Below, in pieces: positions 1 through 13,200 of a DNA stretch of 64,000 nucleotides. The first letter of the stretch is position 1. Each line of letters begins with the position of its first letter. Source of the DNA: Phoronis australis (Eukaryota; Animalia; Phoronida); contig NMRA01000578.1 of the NCBI GenBank assembly GCA_002633005.1, positions 69,298-133,297 of the forward strand. Reading direction: 5' to 3'. A program made the translations under genes and the position numbers. Below the pieces are notes generated by a model. The model saw only the letters and a list, made by a program, of their open reading frames with translations. It was not told where the DNA came from and ran no database searches.

Positions 1-1165
1 CACTATAATTGCATGTTTTCAAATGTAGTAAAACTCGTGTACAACTAGACCAATAGATATCATCCAAGTTTGGTGAAATTCTACTGATTTAAAGCCCCAA
101 GTGCAGCACATGAACAAGAAGAACATCTAGTACCAGTTAAGTGATACTCCGAGTTGTGCATGTCCAACTAATGCCAGTCTTACTGATGTCGGTCTCGTGT
201 AGATTCAGTATTTTGTCCAGCACCAAGTGCAGTGAAATCTCACTAATTTCATTTTTCAAAGGCTTCTTACGTTGTTATGAGTCATCAAAGCTATTTCGTA
301 AGATGGCATTATGAAAATATGCAGAGGTATTTTTTGAACATGAAAAAGTGAAGTGTATATGCGTGGATAATTAGAAGGATACTAAACCTTTTTTTTGGTG
401 ATTTCAACCAATCCTCTTTCTGCCGCCATTGGTGTCCCACTTGAGAGATAAAAATTAAGCAGGTTTCAAATAAAAACTCATACATTCGTTATCACAGATA
501 GGATACTGTGGTTCTTGGTGGGTGGGCTCTCCCTTACAAGTGTCCTATAACTTGCCTAAAGCATACGTCACGCTTGCCGTTTAGCAAGACTTCTCAAGGA
601 AATTTTCAAATTTTGCTCGAGACTATTGGGGGTTGCCGAGGTTACAGGGCATTATTTTGTTTCAGAGAACCAGATGGGAATGTCTTTTTTAATACCTGTT
701 AATAGGTCAAAACCGGGGTTAATATCCTTTTAATGAAATGAAGTGCTGATACGTAGTGGTAGAATGGTGACTATTTACATCAAATAACATCACAACAGGT
801 GGCATAATTTACAGTGACTCCGATGACCTGTAAAGGCACACATCGGCTTCATTTCTGACACAGGCACTGCCTTACATGTAGAAGCGCGTGGGCTTTATAC
901 ATGCATATATGGTAGTTAGAGACATATTATGAAATACTGTGTTCTGCACATTCATTTGGTAATTTCTCCCTAACTTGATAATTTTTTCTGAATTCCACTA
1001 TAGAAATTGGTAATGTTGCTAGATTAAAATCCCAATTTTGTAGTAACAAAATGTTAACATTGATATATAACGTTTCATTTTCCATGTCTGTGCATTGCCC
1101 TTTATGGTACCGTAAGACATTTGCCTTTTGTCTGAAATGTAACATCTTCCCACAATTCTGTGCAG

Positions 1166-1284
1166 GTCAATTTGAGGATGCTGCCCAGGCTTACACAGAT
1201 GCTCTGGCTCAGTTGTCTGAGGCAGCGACTCCCCATAAAGAGATTGAGCTGTTGTATAACCGTTCTTCATGTTATCTCAAGCTG
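1166..1284 (+). CDS. HELZ: HELZ exon (TPR-like)
   Basis: tgcag|GT...CTG|gtgagt; [14 protein letters not shown]...[12 protein letters not shown] is a TPR pattern. The phase-1 start means an earlier coding exon exists. Confidence 0.85.
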
Positions 1285-4200
1285 GTGAGTGCAGTCAGGG
1301 CACCATCTGGAGGGCGTGTATGATGTTCAAATGGGTCCCGCTACTTGGATTCTTGCATGAATACAGTGCATGGGATAGAATACTCATTAAACTCAAACAG
1401 GGTCCAGTTGTGTTGTTTATAGGGCTATCTGTAGCCGTCTCTAAGCACCGTCTGTAAGATGTGTAGGATGAGCAAATGGTCCCGGACACTGACTAATTCT
1501 TGGAATTACACATGATAACGAAATTGATATTACAGTGCATGGGTTAAACTCCTCATGAGTCCTCGTAGCGGGTCCAGATTGGGGACTCATCTATGGTATG
1601 AAAAATGTTTAGCTGGTGGTCCAAATTTACGAGATTTGACAATTGCCGTACACGGGGATTTCTGGCGTCATATGGCAGGAAGGTAACTATTCACTTTAAA
1701 AACATGGCTGCCAGTACAGCATTTGCCTATCATCAGTGTGATATTTGTGGTAAAGATAAAATAGACAATAGTAGTCTGTGATCTTGATTTATGTATGAAT
1801 ATTAATCAAACTGAAACAATGAGTTGTAGATTTCAGTAAAATTTATCAATCAAAAAAGTTAAATTCTTTGTTTAGCCATCGTTTTTGCCAAGGTTGTCTT
1901 GAAACAGGCACTCTTCTCTCTTGTTCAAGCCATTGTTTTTTAAAACTGGCCATCCTAATGACAGTCATAACTGCCACTAGAAGTCAGTCACTAGTCAGTG
2001 TGCATTATAAACAATGAATTCTCATACAGGACTGTGTGCAAAAAGCTTTGATTTTGTTGGTAATACAATTTTCACAGTAGTTAGTACTGCCATACTGTCC
2101 CAGTGGAATTCAATCGTTGCCTGTACAACTCGATTTTCCTCCAGAATCTTTATTCCTCCCATCTTTAAAATTATGTTGATGTGCCCTCATTATTGATGTA
2201 TGTTACTTAAAGGTGATTTATCTCTTCCTGCTGTTGAATTACTCTTCCATTAAATCTCTTTTTGTTATTAAATTGTTCTTGAATCCTTTATTAGAAAAGC
2301 TTCTTATATTCTATACTTTGTCTGTAGATAAGTACAGGAACCCCTCCAACCAACCCTTTACAATTTCACAAAGGCTGATCTCACTCGGGTTGAAGGTTTG
2401 AATCAGAGCAGTTATATAATTAGGGCTGAATTAGGACCCTTGAATACAACTTTGAATAGTGGTGTGTGATTGGACTGTTTCTGGTATGTGCTGTGCCAGA
2501 TTAAGATTTTGGGGAGGTTTTATAATAGACCAGATTTGGAATGTAACAGCTCTCCCCTGAAATACTTGTCGAACAGAACAGTTTTAGATGCTGTTCTCAA
2601 GCAAAAAATCAAAAGGTTTTCCTCTAGTACTGGCTGATGAAGGTTTTTCATGAACCTAATGTGGGGTTTTGCCATCCATCAAAGTCGGCACGAATTACTG
2701 GGCATCTCGCGGAACGTGTATTTTTACTATTTCAGAAGCAGTACGCACTCGTGGTTGAGGACTGTTCTGAAAGTAAGTTGAACAGCTTTTAACATTTTTC
2801 ACAGCATGATTGCTTTTAAACTTTGATGAAAAAATAATTGTCATTGTAAATTCGTTAGGGACGATATTTGCGGAAAATTGTTTGAAAAAAGCATTACTTT
2901 CATGAATTAGTCTGTATCATACTCTTGTGTTTTGTGCAAAGACAAATTGTAACATGGTCGTCAGTTGTCTGCTCTTCTTTTGAATTCGGAAGTCTAATTT
3001 TGATGTTTCCTTTGTTACAACACACTCCATGCTTATTTCTCTTTTCAGTTTTACAACAAGACAACAATAGAAAGGCATTCGGTCGCAGCGTGTTTGCTCT
3101 ACGCAAACTGGGCTATTATAATGAGGCTTGTGAAACGGCAACAAAATGGCTGAATCTGAACCCTGATGTAAGACTCCACTTTGCTCATCAGTGTTCTGAG
3201 TGCATACAATATATGTTAGCTCTTCATTTTGGTACAACGTTCAGTGAACATTAATTGTCTAAATATCATGTTTCTGATTTCCATAGGTTGACAACTTTGG
3301 CGCAAGTAATCAAAACTTCACCGTGCCGTGTGTTTTTCTATCTCTACCTAGAGGAGAGTTGAATTCTTGCTCTGACCAATGAGCAAGATATCTAGCTTAT
3401 TTCTCTGACTCACAGTTAGTGATAATAAATTGATGTCATTTCCTTGTGCAACATTCCTTCCACCTTTGTTACAATGCAATGTATGCTGAATTTCAGTTAA
3501 TAGATTCAATATTTTGCTGTCTAAACCTGTTGATGCTTTAGGTTTAACTATTTCCCTTTGATATTTCCAGGATACCCAGGCTCGACAACAGTCTGAGCAA
3601 CTCGAAGCTTTAATAGATGCTTTGGATGACCCGGTAAGCCTACATTTATCTATGAGCTGTTTCAATAGAGAAGGGTCCGGTGTGCAAGTTGATGCTTTCA
3701 GTTTTCCACAGTTTGTGGAATTTTTAGCCGTGGAATGCTTTAGAGGTCTGTGGAATACTTTTCTGATTGTAAGCAGGATTTTTTCTCAACCTTCCCAGTT
3801 GTATGTATCCCCATGGGCAAGGTAAATGTGCAATGTAGTTAACACTGACTTTTGTGTTCTGGTAAAAAGTCTCGGCAGAAAGTTTTGTCCAGTCCCCTAA
3901 TGTTCCAGTCTGGGTTTATTTTTTCTGGTTGCCGTTACATTTTTTATCATAGCTTTGACAACAAGAGGTGAGGCTTATTCAACTTCTTGGGAAGTGTTAT
4001 GACTGTTTCACTGCAGTATTCTTGGGAAGTATTATGGCTGTTTCACTGTAGTATTCTTGGGAAGTGTTATGGTTGTTTCACTGCAGTATTCTTATTCCCA
4101 ATATTGTGAAATCTCACCAACTCAAATATAATTTGGCCGGCACGTGAAATCTTAGTGTTATCATTTTTTTCTTAAAATATACACTTGCTGCGCAAAACAA

Positions 4201-7200
4201 ATGCTTTAAGATTCATACCATAGCTACTACCATCAAACAATGTTTCTAAGACATTGTTGGCATTTAGAAGCCCTTGAAAAATGAGAAAGGCCAATTTGGC
4301 AGTTGTTATTTTTGTCTGGAATTGGCAAGATTTTACTGTCGTAGTATTTTAACGCGTTTAGTCTCAACACACGTTGAAAGTAGGAATTTTTAAAGAACAG
4401 CCTTCAGCTGTCAGATGATACTTCAGGTCATTTCTGTTACGATACAGTAAATCGTAAAATTTGCTCTCAACGAACTACGTAAAAAGTATTGTACTTGTCC
4501 TACGTGCAAAACTGCTAAATTTTCAATTTCGAATATGTAGGGATTAAGTCCATAGAAAATGACAACGTTTAGGACACGTTTATTGCTTATAGACTCCAAA
4601 GCATTGTGGGAAAATGTCACATAATGGGAGATAACTGATACCATGTAGCATCATGTCAGTGACAATGGGTTGCACCAATTGCAAAGCAAACTGTAATTAG
4701 TACATTACAAAATAAACTAATTAATACTCAATATACAACAGGCTTACTGTCCCCAATATTGCCATGATCGAGATTTACTTGAAGGCGCTTGCTGTTACTA
4801 AAAAACGCTCTTCTCGTGCAAATCTTAGGTCCTAAAACTTTTGAGACTCATATCCTTTTGAGTGACAAACTGTCAGAGTATCTAGCCTTATTTTGGGGGA
4901 AAATACCCATGCTCTTCTACAGTGTTTTATTGGACTCTTGCACGAAACTCCAACTCGGTTACCCGAATCGACCTGATTGAGTGCGGTATGGTAAATAAAT
5001 GCGGCTATTTTGCATTTACTATGTTTTCCTTAAGTTTTTGAGGTTTCCTTCACTGTGGGGATGTGGGGCTTATGCCTATATTGGAAGGTGAACATTTATC
5101 TGAAGTTACTAACATGTGTATTTAAGCGAGTCATCCATATTTAGTAAAACTGTACTTGAAAGTGATGCTCAGATAGGTGTACCCTTTAATATATTTTTAA
5201 AATTTTGCTCAGCTGTTTGGTTCATGGAATATGGTAAAGCTTCTTGTGAATGATATAGACATACGTATCGTGTACGCACTTACATTAATTTGTTTTTTAA
5301 TTTCCGGTTGGAAACTTGGTATTTCTACTGGTACATTTAGATAAAAGGCTTTACAGTAAGTCCTGGTAATCAAAAATTATTTGCTTCAAAAAAACTTTAA
5401 AATGCACTAGACAAGTTTATTCATCATTCGCAAACATGAAAACGTTGAAACCAAATTTGTGTTTTATTTCGTAACAGATATTAATTGAGCATGGTATTCC
5501 TAAAAAGCTGTGTACCACTTAAGAGCCCAACTGAACATCTAATATGTGTTAAAATCTAGGAAACGCCCATGAAAAGTTTTTCGCTCACACAAGATTATGC
5601 ACTTAGGTCAAGGACTGACCGTGTGCCTATATCCAAGGTCAGACAATGAACAGATACCTGCACCTTTGAGCAAAACTTTGGTCATGTGTGTTTATACTAT
5701 TTCTTTTTTACCTATTTTGTACAAAAACAGTTGCAAAAAAGGTGTCATTTTTTAATTTTTCAAAAGCTGGTTTCCTTGTAGTAAATAATCAAAAGACCAA
5801 TGTTGCTTTTAAATTATAATATGTCTATGCAGCCCAAGCCAGTGAAGTATTTGCTAAAATTTTCTCATTTCCTTAATCTTTGTTTTTGCTGAAAATTTTA
5901 TCAAGATTCACAAGTTTGCCATATTGTGTGCTAAACTGGTGAAAAATTGCCGTATGCAAAAACTTAAGTGTAAACTTTTCTTTACAAAACAAAATTTTGG
6001 ATTTGTCACAGGGTCATGGGCCTAAATGTTCATTTTTATAGTACATTGCCTGTTCCAGTAAGCTGGTAGACAAGCGGAGACATGAGAACGAGTTTGGTGC
6101 GACAGTTCCTTGTAGCAGTGTTTGTCATGTCAAAGTCTATTCATCCCAGGTTCACGGACTTGTAAATAATTACTCTGCGTGTGTAAGCGCAGAGTACTGT
6201 TGTTCCTGGGTTTTCTTCAATTTTATTACTCTGCGCGTGTAAGCGCAGAGTGCTGGTTGTTCCTGGGTTTTCGTCAATTTTATTCTTATTCTTATTCTTC
6301 TTATTCTTCTTCCGACCAACTTTGACTGGAGGCTTAATAACTCTAAATTGGGTGCAGGTACGGTCTTTAAATTCAGCATATGACTTTTGACAGTATATAA
6401 ATTTTGATTGGTTATATAATCATATTCCATATTGCACCGGAAGAGGTTGTTTGGTGCCAAGGTCATAAAATTTTCAAAATGCTACTCCTCCTTCAATTTT
6501 AAAGCTATCTTTTTCAAATTCGATGCGCAGGTATAAGTCAACATGACAATTTAAAAAATTACTTTTCTAAGTAATCGGGTCATCCAATCAGGTGAAATAG
6601 GTCAAAGGTTATTAGGTGCAAACTAAAATTTTGAGCTAGTCACTTCAAATTGACAGGTCTGATTGCCACAGGTAAATCAAATTGAAATCCAAAGTTTCAG
6701 GTCATTGAGTGCAAACATGGGGTCATTAGGTGCATTTTTCTTCTGAAAATTTGACCTTTTCAATCAGCAAGTATTCTGATGTGTCAACCGTTAGACAACT
6801 GTGATTCTCAGCGTTAAACACATTTTCCATGGGCTTTGCAATAATTCTCCTAAAGATGCTTAAAATGCACCAGATAAGGTCAATTAGTGCAAAGGTCATG
6901 TAATGTTCTAAATGTTATATCTCTTACGTTTTTCAAGTAATTCTTTTCAATTTCAGAACACTGNGGTTGTGAAGCATGGTCAACCATGGTTGCCAACCAT
7001 AGTCCACCATGGTTTCAACTTAACGCGAAATGTTAAAACCATGGTCAACCATGGTTGTACAGCCATGGTCAACCATGGTTAACCATGGTTAACCGAGGTA
7101 CATTTCGCAGGGGTTACTAAGTGCGATTGAGTATGAATTCTAAATTTTCAGGTCATTTGGTGCACCCATGGGGTCATTAGGTGCATTTTTCTTCTGAAAG

Positions 7201-10200
7201 TCTGACCAATTCATTCATCTTGTATTCTGAAGTGCTTAAAGTAAAACATCTGTGATTTTTAGCATCAACCACACTTTTATTCGAGTTAACAATTACCCCC
7301 TCATCGGGGCTCATAATGCACTGGAAGAGGTCAATTAGTGGAAAGGTCATCAAAAAATTAATATGTAATTTCTCCTACAATTTTAAAGAATTGCTTTTCA
7401 TATTGGTAAACGGGTTGCTGTCAGTAACTTCCCATAATAATTCCAGTAATACGTACGCGCAGAGTCCGTTATTGTCACGCCGTGACAATAATCTTTCTAG
7501 TTGCATCTTATCATTCTTCATAAACAAGGAACAGGCGTGACACTTTGCTTCCATTATCTGTTTGACTGGACTTGTTTTTCATTGGACAAAACATTGCAAA
7601 CTGGTCTAGTTGATGAGAGTTTTCGCTTTGGTTTTTCATGAATGCTGTTCACATTTAGGTGTGTAGATAAGACTACAATCTCTTGAAAGAATCATTGTTT
7701 CATTTTATATAACTTTCTGTGAAATTTTATTTTCGAGCACTTATTTTGTTATAATTAAGAAATATACTCTCTGTGTGTATAGTTCTAGTTACTGCCGCTA
7801 AAACAAGCCTTTGGATGTGACTAGCGTAACATTTCCAATGCTCCCAAACCCAGACCTACTATTACATGTATTACTAATCATAGCTTGTTCATGAACTCCA
7901 ACCTTCTTCATGGGCCGGCAGTGCATTCCTGTCAAGTTCAGCTGTGACAGACTGTAACTGTAAGCCTTGTAATGCCTCAGTTGCTTTGTGTGAAAGGTCT
8001 ATTGTTGGGCTTCACCTGTCATCTGAGGGACCAGTTGTTAATTAATTGTTAAAGTGCAATGCAGCTCATGTGACAGGTGACACACAGGTGAAAATGAGCC
8101 ATTTGTTGAGAAATGCAATGATGTGTTCTGTATGTGGCCGTGTTGCTGATAATATTTCAAAATCCAAGAGGAAACTGTGACCAGTTCATTCAGTAAATCC
8201 ACCATTTATCTCTAGGTGTTATCAGGATTATCTTAAGGGTAACATGCTTTTTGCTCCTAGTTGACCGAATCAATTAGTCATACTGATATCTAATGACAAT
8301 GTTTGCCTAAGACTTTGTGAATTGAATATTTAGTCCAATTATACTGTGTCTGTTTTAGAAATAAAATGAATAGCTGGACGACTTGTCCATTGATCCTAAA
8401 CTGAAGGAGTTACTCTCTCAGGAGATGTTAGTGTTATGTTCAGCCATCCAATCACAGTGGGTCATGTGGAATTTTGATATGCCAATGACGGGGACAGCTA
8501 AGCTAAAATTAAATTATATGCATGTCAAAATCCAACTTTTGAACTCATAGTTACACTCTTTAGTTCCGTCTCCGTATAAGATTACTGAAATTTCTTTTCC
8601 TGTGGAATAAGAAGTCATTGTGTCTTTATTCATTTTCACTTTCATTACAGGATGTCATACTTATTTTAGTTGCACTGGGTTAAAATGCAATCACATTGAA
8701 ACTCAAAATTATTTCCTTATGGAATCATTTCAGTGCTTTTAGGCATTTTGTGTTTTCTTGAACAAAATCATTTCTGAATTTCCAAAAAGCCCCGTTTGTG
8801 TTAGGTGAAATTAAAAGAAATTGCGAACATGACTCCAGTCATTAGTGAAATAATAGTGCTGGAAATTTTACCATTAACTGACCTGCAGCAAGGGCCCAGA
8901 ACATCCCATTATTGTGCGGCTAATTTCGGTTAATGTCCCCTATTAAGCTATGAACCTGACAAAATCATGAGCAGTTTTATGTCCAGACAGGAAGTTTGCA
9001 GCTTTTTCACACATCTGATACTGAAGGCCTGTATTATTTTAGGCCATCCTGTCTGTTAGTGAAGAAAGACCTTTTGTGAAACTCTACTCTTCTGTTTGCA
9101 GACAGGGCAAAATGGTGGTCACAATTCAGTCCTGTCACGAGCATTAATTATTCAGGAGTGATTATCATGATTATAGTTTTGTGGTGTCATATCGACTGAT
9201 TGAGTTTATAGAGATCTAGAAACATTACTCCCTGTTTGTGCAGTTTATGTCTCTAGAGAAACAAGGAAGTGGATATTGTGTTGTGGACAAGCCTTATTTA
9301 TGTACTTAGTATGTTGTTTATGGCATCACATTTCTGTCCTGCTGATATCTAACAGTATGCGGTCACGCAGTGCTGACGAAATGTATTTGTTTGTCTTGCT
9401 ACAGATGAATTTCGTGGTATGTTGTTTTCATTATTGTTTGCAGGTGTTGTTTTTGTAGACAGGCGCTTTCAACTGTGTTCTTCTGTGTGCATTTCAGTTG
9501 CTCTTAATGCCAGCTTCAAATGACTTGTTGGTCACAACATGTTCCTTGTGGGTTAATCTGATTGTTTGTCACCCTTCATCCTGATTCCTCTTTGTTTGTA
9601 GCTGTATTAATTAAACACTGCTCTGGTAACATCGCTATTACCTTGGAACGTCTCGTAGTCATCGAAGAGTGTCAATTGCTTTAATTTGCTTTCATTTAAT
9701 TTTGCAACGCATCACAAAAAATCTATTGTGAAATATGATGACAAATTAACCCTTTGCTTTCTATACTATGGTCTGAGCTGGTATGTGTTTATTTGTGGCT
9801 TAACAAATCATTTCTTTCTGATTTTATCTGATTTTTGAAGTTAGTACCCACTTTTGATTTGTTGCACGTAGCTGCATAGTTCCCGTCGTACTCTAAGTGA
9901 ATTCATTGCAACTATAGGCATTAGTTGCTTTCCTACTGAGAAGTTTTATTCCAGTGTGCTTTAGTGTTGTTGATTGCACATGTGAAAGCGCACTTACAAT
10001 TAAAGTACATTTAAACTACTTGAAAATAAGGTAACAATACATGTTTAAGCAGAAAGTAAACTTACCCTGATTCACAGTAAATATCCAATTGAAACAGTAT
10101 GAAAGTACCATATGTTTGTTGTTGGGTTAAATGGATAGATAATGTCGATTTGATGTCCCCTAGTTTGCTTTTATTCACTTTTATCATAGTTTAAGCTTTA

Positions 10201-13200
10201 GAGTGTGTGAATCATTCATTGGCTCATACTGGGAACTAGGAAGCTCTTATATTGGTTCCTTTGCCCATACAGTATTAGAGGTTTTAGCTATAATTTAACA
10301 AGCAAATGTGGCATTGTATCACCAGATACGCTACATAGTAGTGACATGTTGTACAAAGATCTTTGGTAAAATTCACCAGTTATGACATTATGTCGAGAAA
10401 ATGAGCTTCATTTTGTCCCACTACTCAGCAAAAGACTGCTTTAGAACTTTTCCTTTTTAGCTTTGTTTGTGTGGTAAAATTGAGAACAGTAGTAGCAATT
10501 TTGTCAACTATAGACAATTCCAAAATGTCAATAACAGGAGTTATTTTTGTCCCAAATTGAAGGATTTCTATTGTTTTCTATTTTTGCTCATCGAGTTTAA
10601 TTTGTGCTAAAGCAGCTTCAATGGCTGTCATTAAATTGTGTGACCCAGTTATTTTTGTTGTGGTATTGTTTTCATGTTAAGTTGCTGAATACCTTCAATT
10701 TTTATTGTTCATCAGTCAGCATTGAAATGTATAATAAAAATGTTACTGGCTTTGATTGTGATCAATCATTCCACATTGTCTTGAACGCTGAGTTTTACAG
10801 CAGGTTATTTTCCAGAAATAGTTGTGTGGAATGTAAGACCAAATTTTGGACTTAATCTTAAGTCACCTTTCATGAAACAGACGCCTGAGTTTCGTGGCAC
10901 TTTTCAATAATCGCAATTTTGTGCATATTTGTACATGTAATGTTGCACTCAGCATGTGAAAGACAGCGTGCATTTGGTAACGGGGAAAGTGTAGTGTGCG
11001 AATAAAGAACGACCTGTTACTGAGAAGGAGGCTGTTGTTTGCAACCTAATTGTCTGGCTCTTTTAGGATGATGACGTAGAGGCTGATTTGTTAGAAGAGG
11101 AACTTGCAGGGGAGAGAATTCCACCAGAGGGAAGGGAAGATGAAGAGCTTCTCTGTTCGCCGAGTATTGCCGGCAATACCAACAACTCGTCTAGCAACTC
11201 ATCTTCTAAAGACAACAGTGAGTTTATATGGGACCCTGCAAAATGTCCCAACTTTGGCCGACTTAGAGGTGGATGTTGGACTCGCGTACTGTGCTGATGC
11301 TTTGTTCTCCAAAATGCTTTAAAATGTCCACTTCAGCATGAGACGTTCTCAAAAAATTGGGCTTTTACGATTTTTATATGAAAACACAAGAAGTTGGCTC
11401 AAATGAAAACGAGATGATATCTTTGAAAACTGTTATAGCACTTTTGAGACTTCCTGCTGAACATTTATATTGAATGAAATTTGATGACAATATTCACACC
11501 ACTGTTTTGCTGTGAGTGTACCTTTTTGATAAATTTTACTCAACAGAGTGGCACAGCGTATAGTTAAAAGTCAAACTCAACTAGCTTTCTAGTTTCAGAA
11601 TCTATACACTTTGTATGTATTTGACTGAATGCACAGACTATGTCAATAAGGTCCTTTCACTTTAATATAATAATAAAAATTTCATGAAAATGTGCCCTGG
11701 CGTGCATTCAGTAACGCTAGAACCTACGCTGCCTAAGACCTAGATAAAATCTAGCCAAAGCCATGTGTTCTTATTTAAAATACACGGAAATATCTCATGT
11801 AATCTCGCGAAGTTTTGCTTTTTAGCAAGATCCTAGTGTTACAATGGGAGGCTGGTCTTAAAACATCTCTTGGTAACCAACCCTGTTTTTTCAGCAAAAT
11901 ACTTGGTTACACGGTATTAATATTCTTATTTGTTATCAAAATACCCTGTGTATTGTTCTTTTCCTTGATTTAGGCAAACTGTTTTACTGCGAATTCTGCG
12001 GAATCACTTTCCAAACAAAACGTGAGCTTGCTCTGCACTGTCGAAGTGACCTGCATCGCAAGAAGATTGTCTCCGACGAAGGGAGAAACTGGGAGTACCG
12101 ACCGCCCCCTAGGGGCCTGTCTGGAGAAGAGTACTCCTTATGCCAAAGGTTTGTGTGTCAGTGAGGTGCATTGTGACTGCGTACTTCCTGTCGGGTTGTG
12201 CACATTGTTTGGTTACTATAAAGGGGTAATAAACCATTGCCTTCTGTCAAAAATAAACTTTTGGCATTGGCTACTAAATACTTACTGACTTTGTGTTAAT
12301 AAAACAAGCCTCGTCGTAATTCTTACTCCGGTTGAAAAGTACTGACAGGCCGTCATCGGTTCAGGCCACGCCCATTATGTAATTTGTCTTGGCAGGTTAG
12401 TTTCAGTCGCCAGGGCAGTATGACCGTGTAAGGGAATTCCAGGCATTTAGTTGTAACCAATTGCAATGCAAATCGAGGATAAGAACGCAATGATGTTTTT
12501 TAGAAGAGCAAATGGATGACGTGAAGAAAGTTCACGAACTCGGTTTATAGCAGCTTCAAGCTGTGTTACCCAACAGTTTAAATGATTGAATAACATTCCA
12601 AGTTGTTCCTAGCGAAGTGCAGGTGTTTGGGTGACTGTGTAAATGAGAGGTTATAGGTCATGGTATTGCCATGGGTGCACTTCGTGACCAGTTTATCAAA
12701 CTAAAGGTACAGTTTACTGTTGTCAAGTAGATCCACCTTCCAAAATGTTTGGTCGGAGTCCATTTCAAAAAGGTTTTTTGTTTGTTTCACGTACTGGTCA
12801 ATCCCCTGAAGCCATTCGGCTGGGTTGTAATCTTGACAACTTTGAGCATTTTTAACTCTTCAAATTATGGCTGTCATTATCCGCCATTATGCAAAATTCT
12901 ATTTTTGCTTGTAACATTCTTACTGATCACTGCTGGTAGATTATTTCGATGTCTTCACCTGTTTCCATGAATTTAATGAAGCTATTTTAGAGGTGGATAT
13001 GTCATGAAACGGTGTGATTTATGTGAAGTAGGGCCACCATTATTGAAAATAAAGAAACAATGGCATCAGTTTTATTACTAAATATTATTAGTTAAAAATG
13101 AGCAAGATGAAATCTCAAAAATGCTGCAACAGTTGTCTAAGTTATCGTTATTTCAATTCATGCTACGTATGATTTTTTATGAAAATCAAAAAGGGCTATT

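Noticed and set aside
666-702. ttcag|...EPDGNVFFNTC, resembling a TPR start (GN.FF) that could precede GQFEDA as a HELZ exon
   Set aside because: Only a weak donor (gttaat) before an in-frame stop, and no clear start. Not supportable without transcript data.
3984-4093. 35-bp repeats of CRISPR-like length
   Set aside because: Contiguous tandem units with no spacers, no cas genes, and a eukaryotic intron context.
8651-8740. Strong acceptor (cactttcattacag) opening a phase-0 hydrophobic frame [10 protein letters not shown] in the large HELZ intron
   Set aside because: No good frame-preserving donor and a stop after ~30 codons. It cannot be distinguished from a cryptic site.
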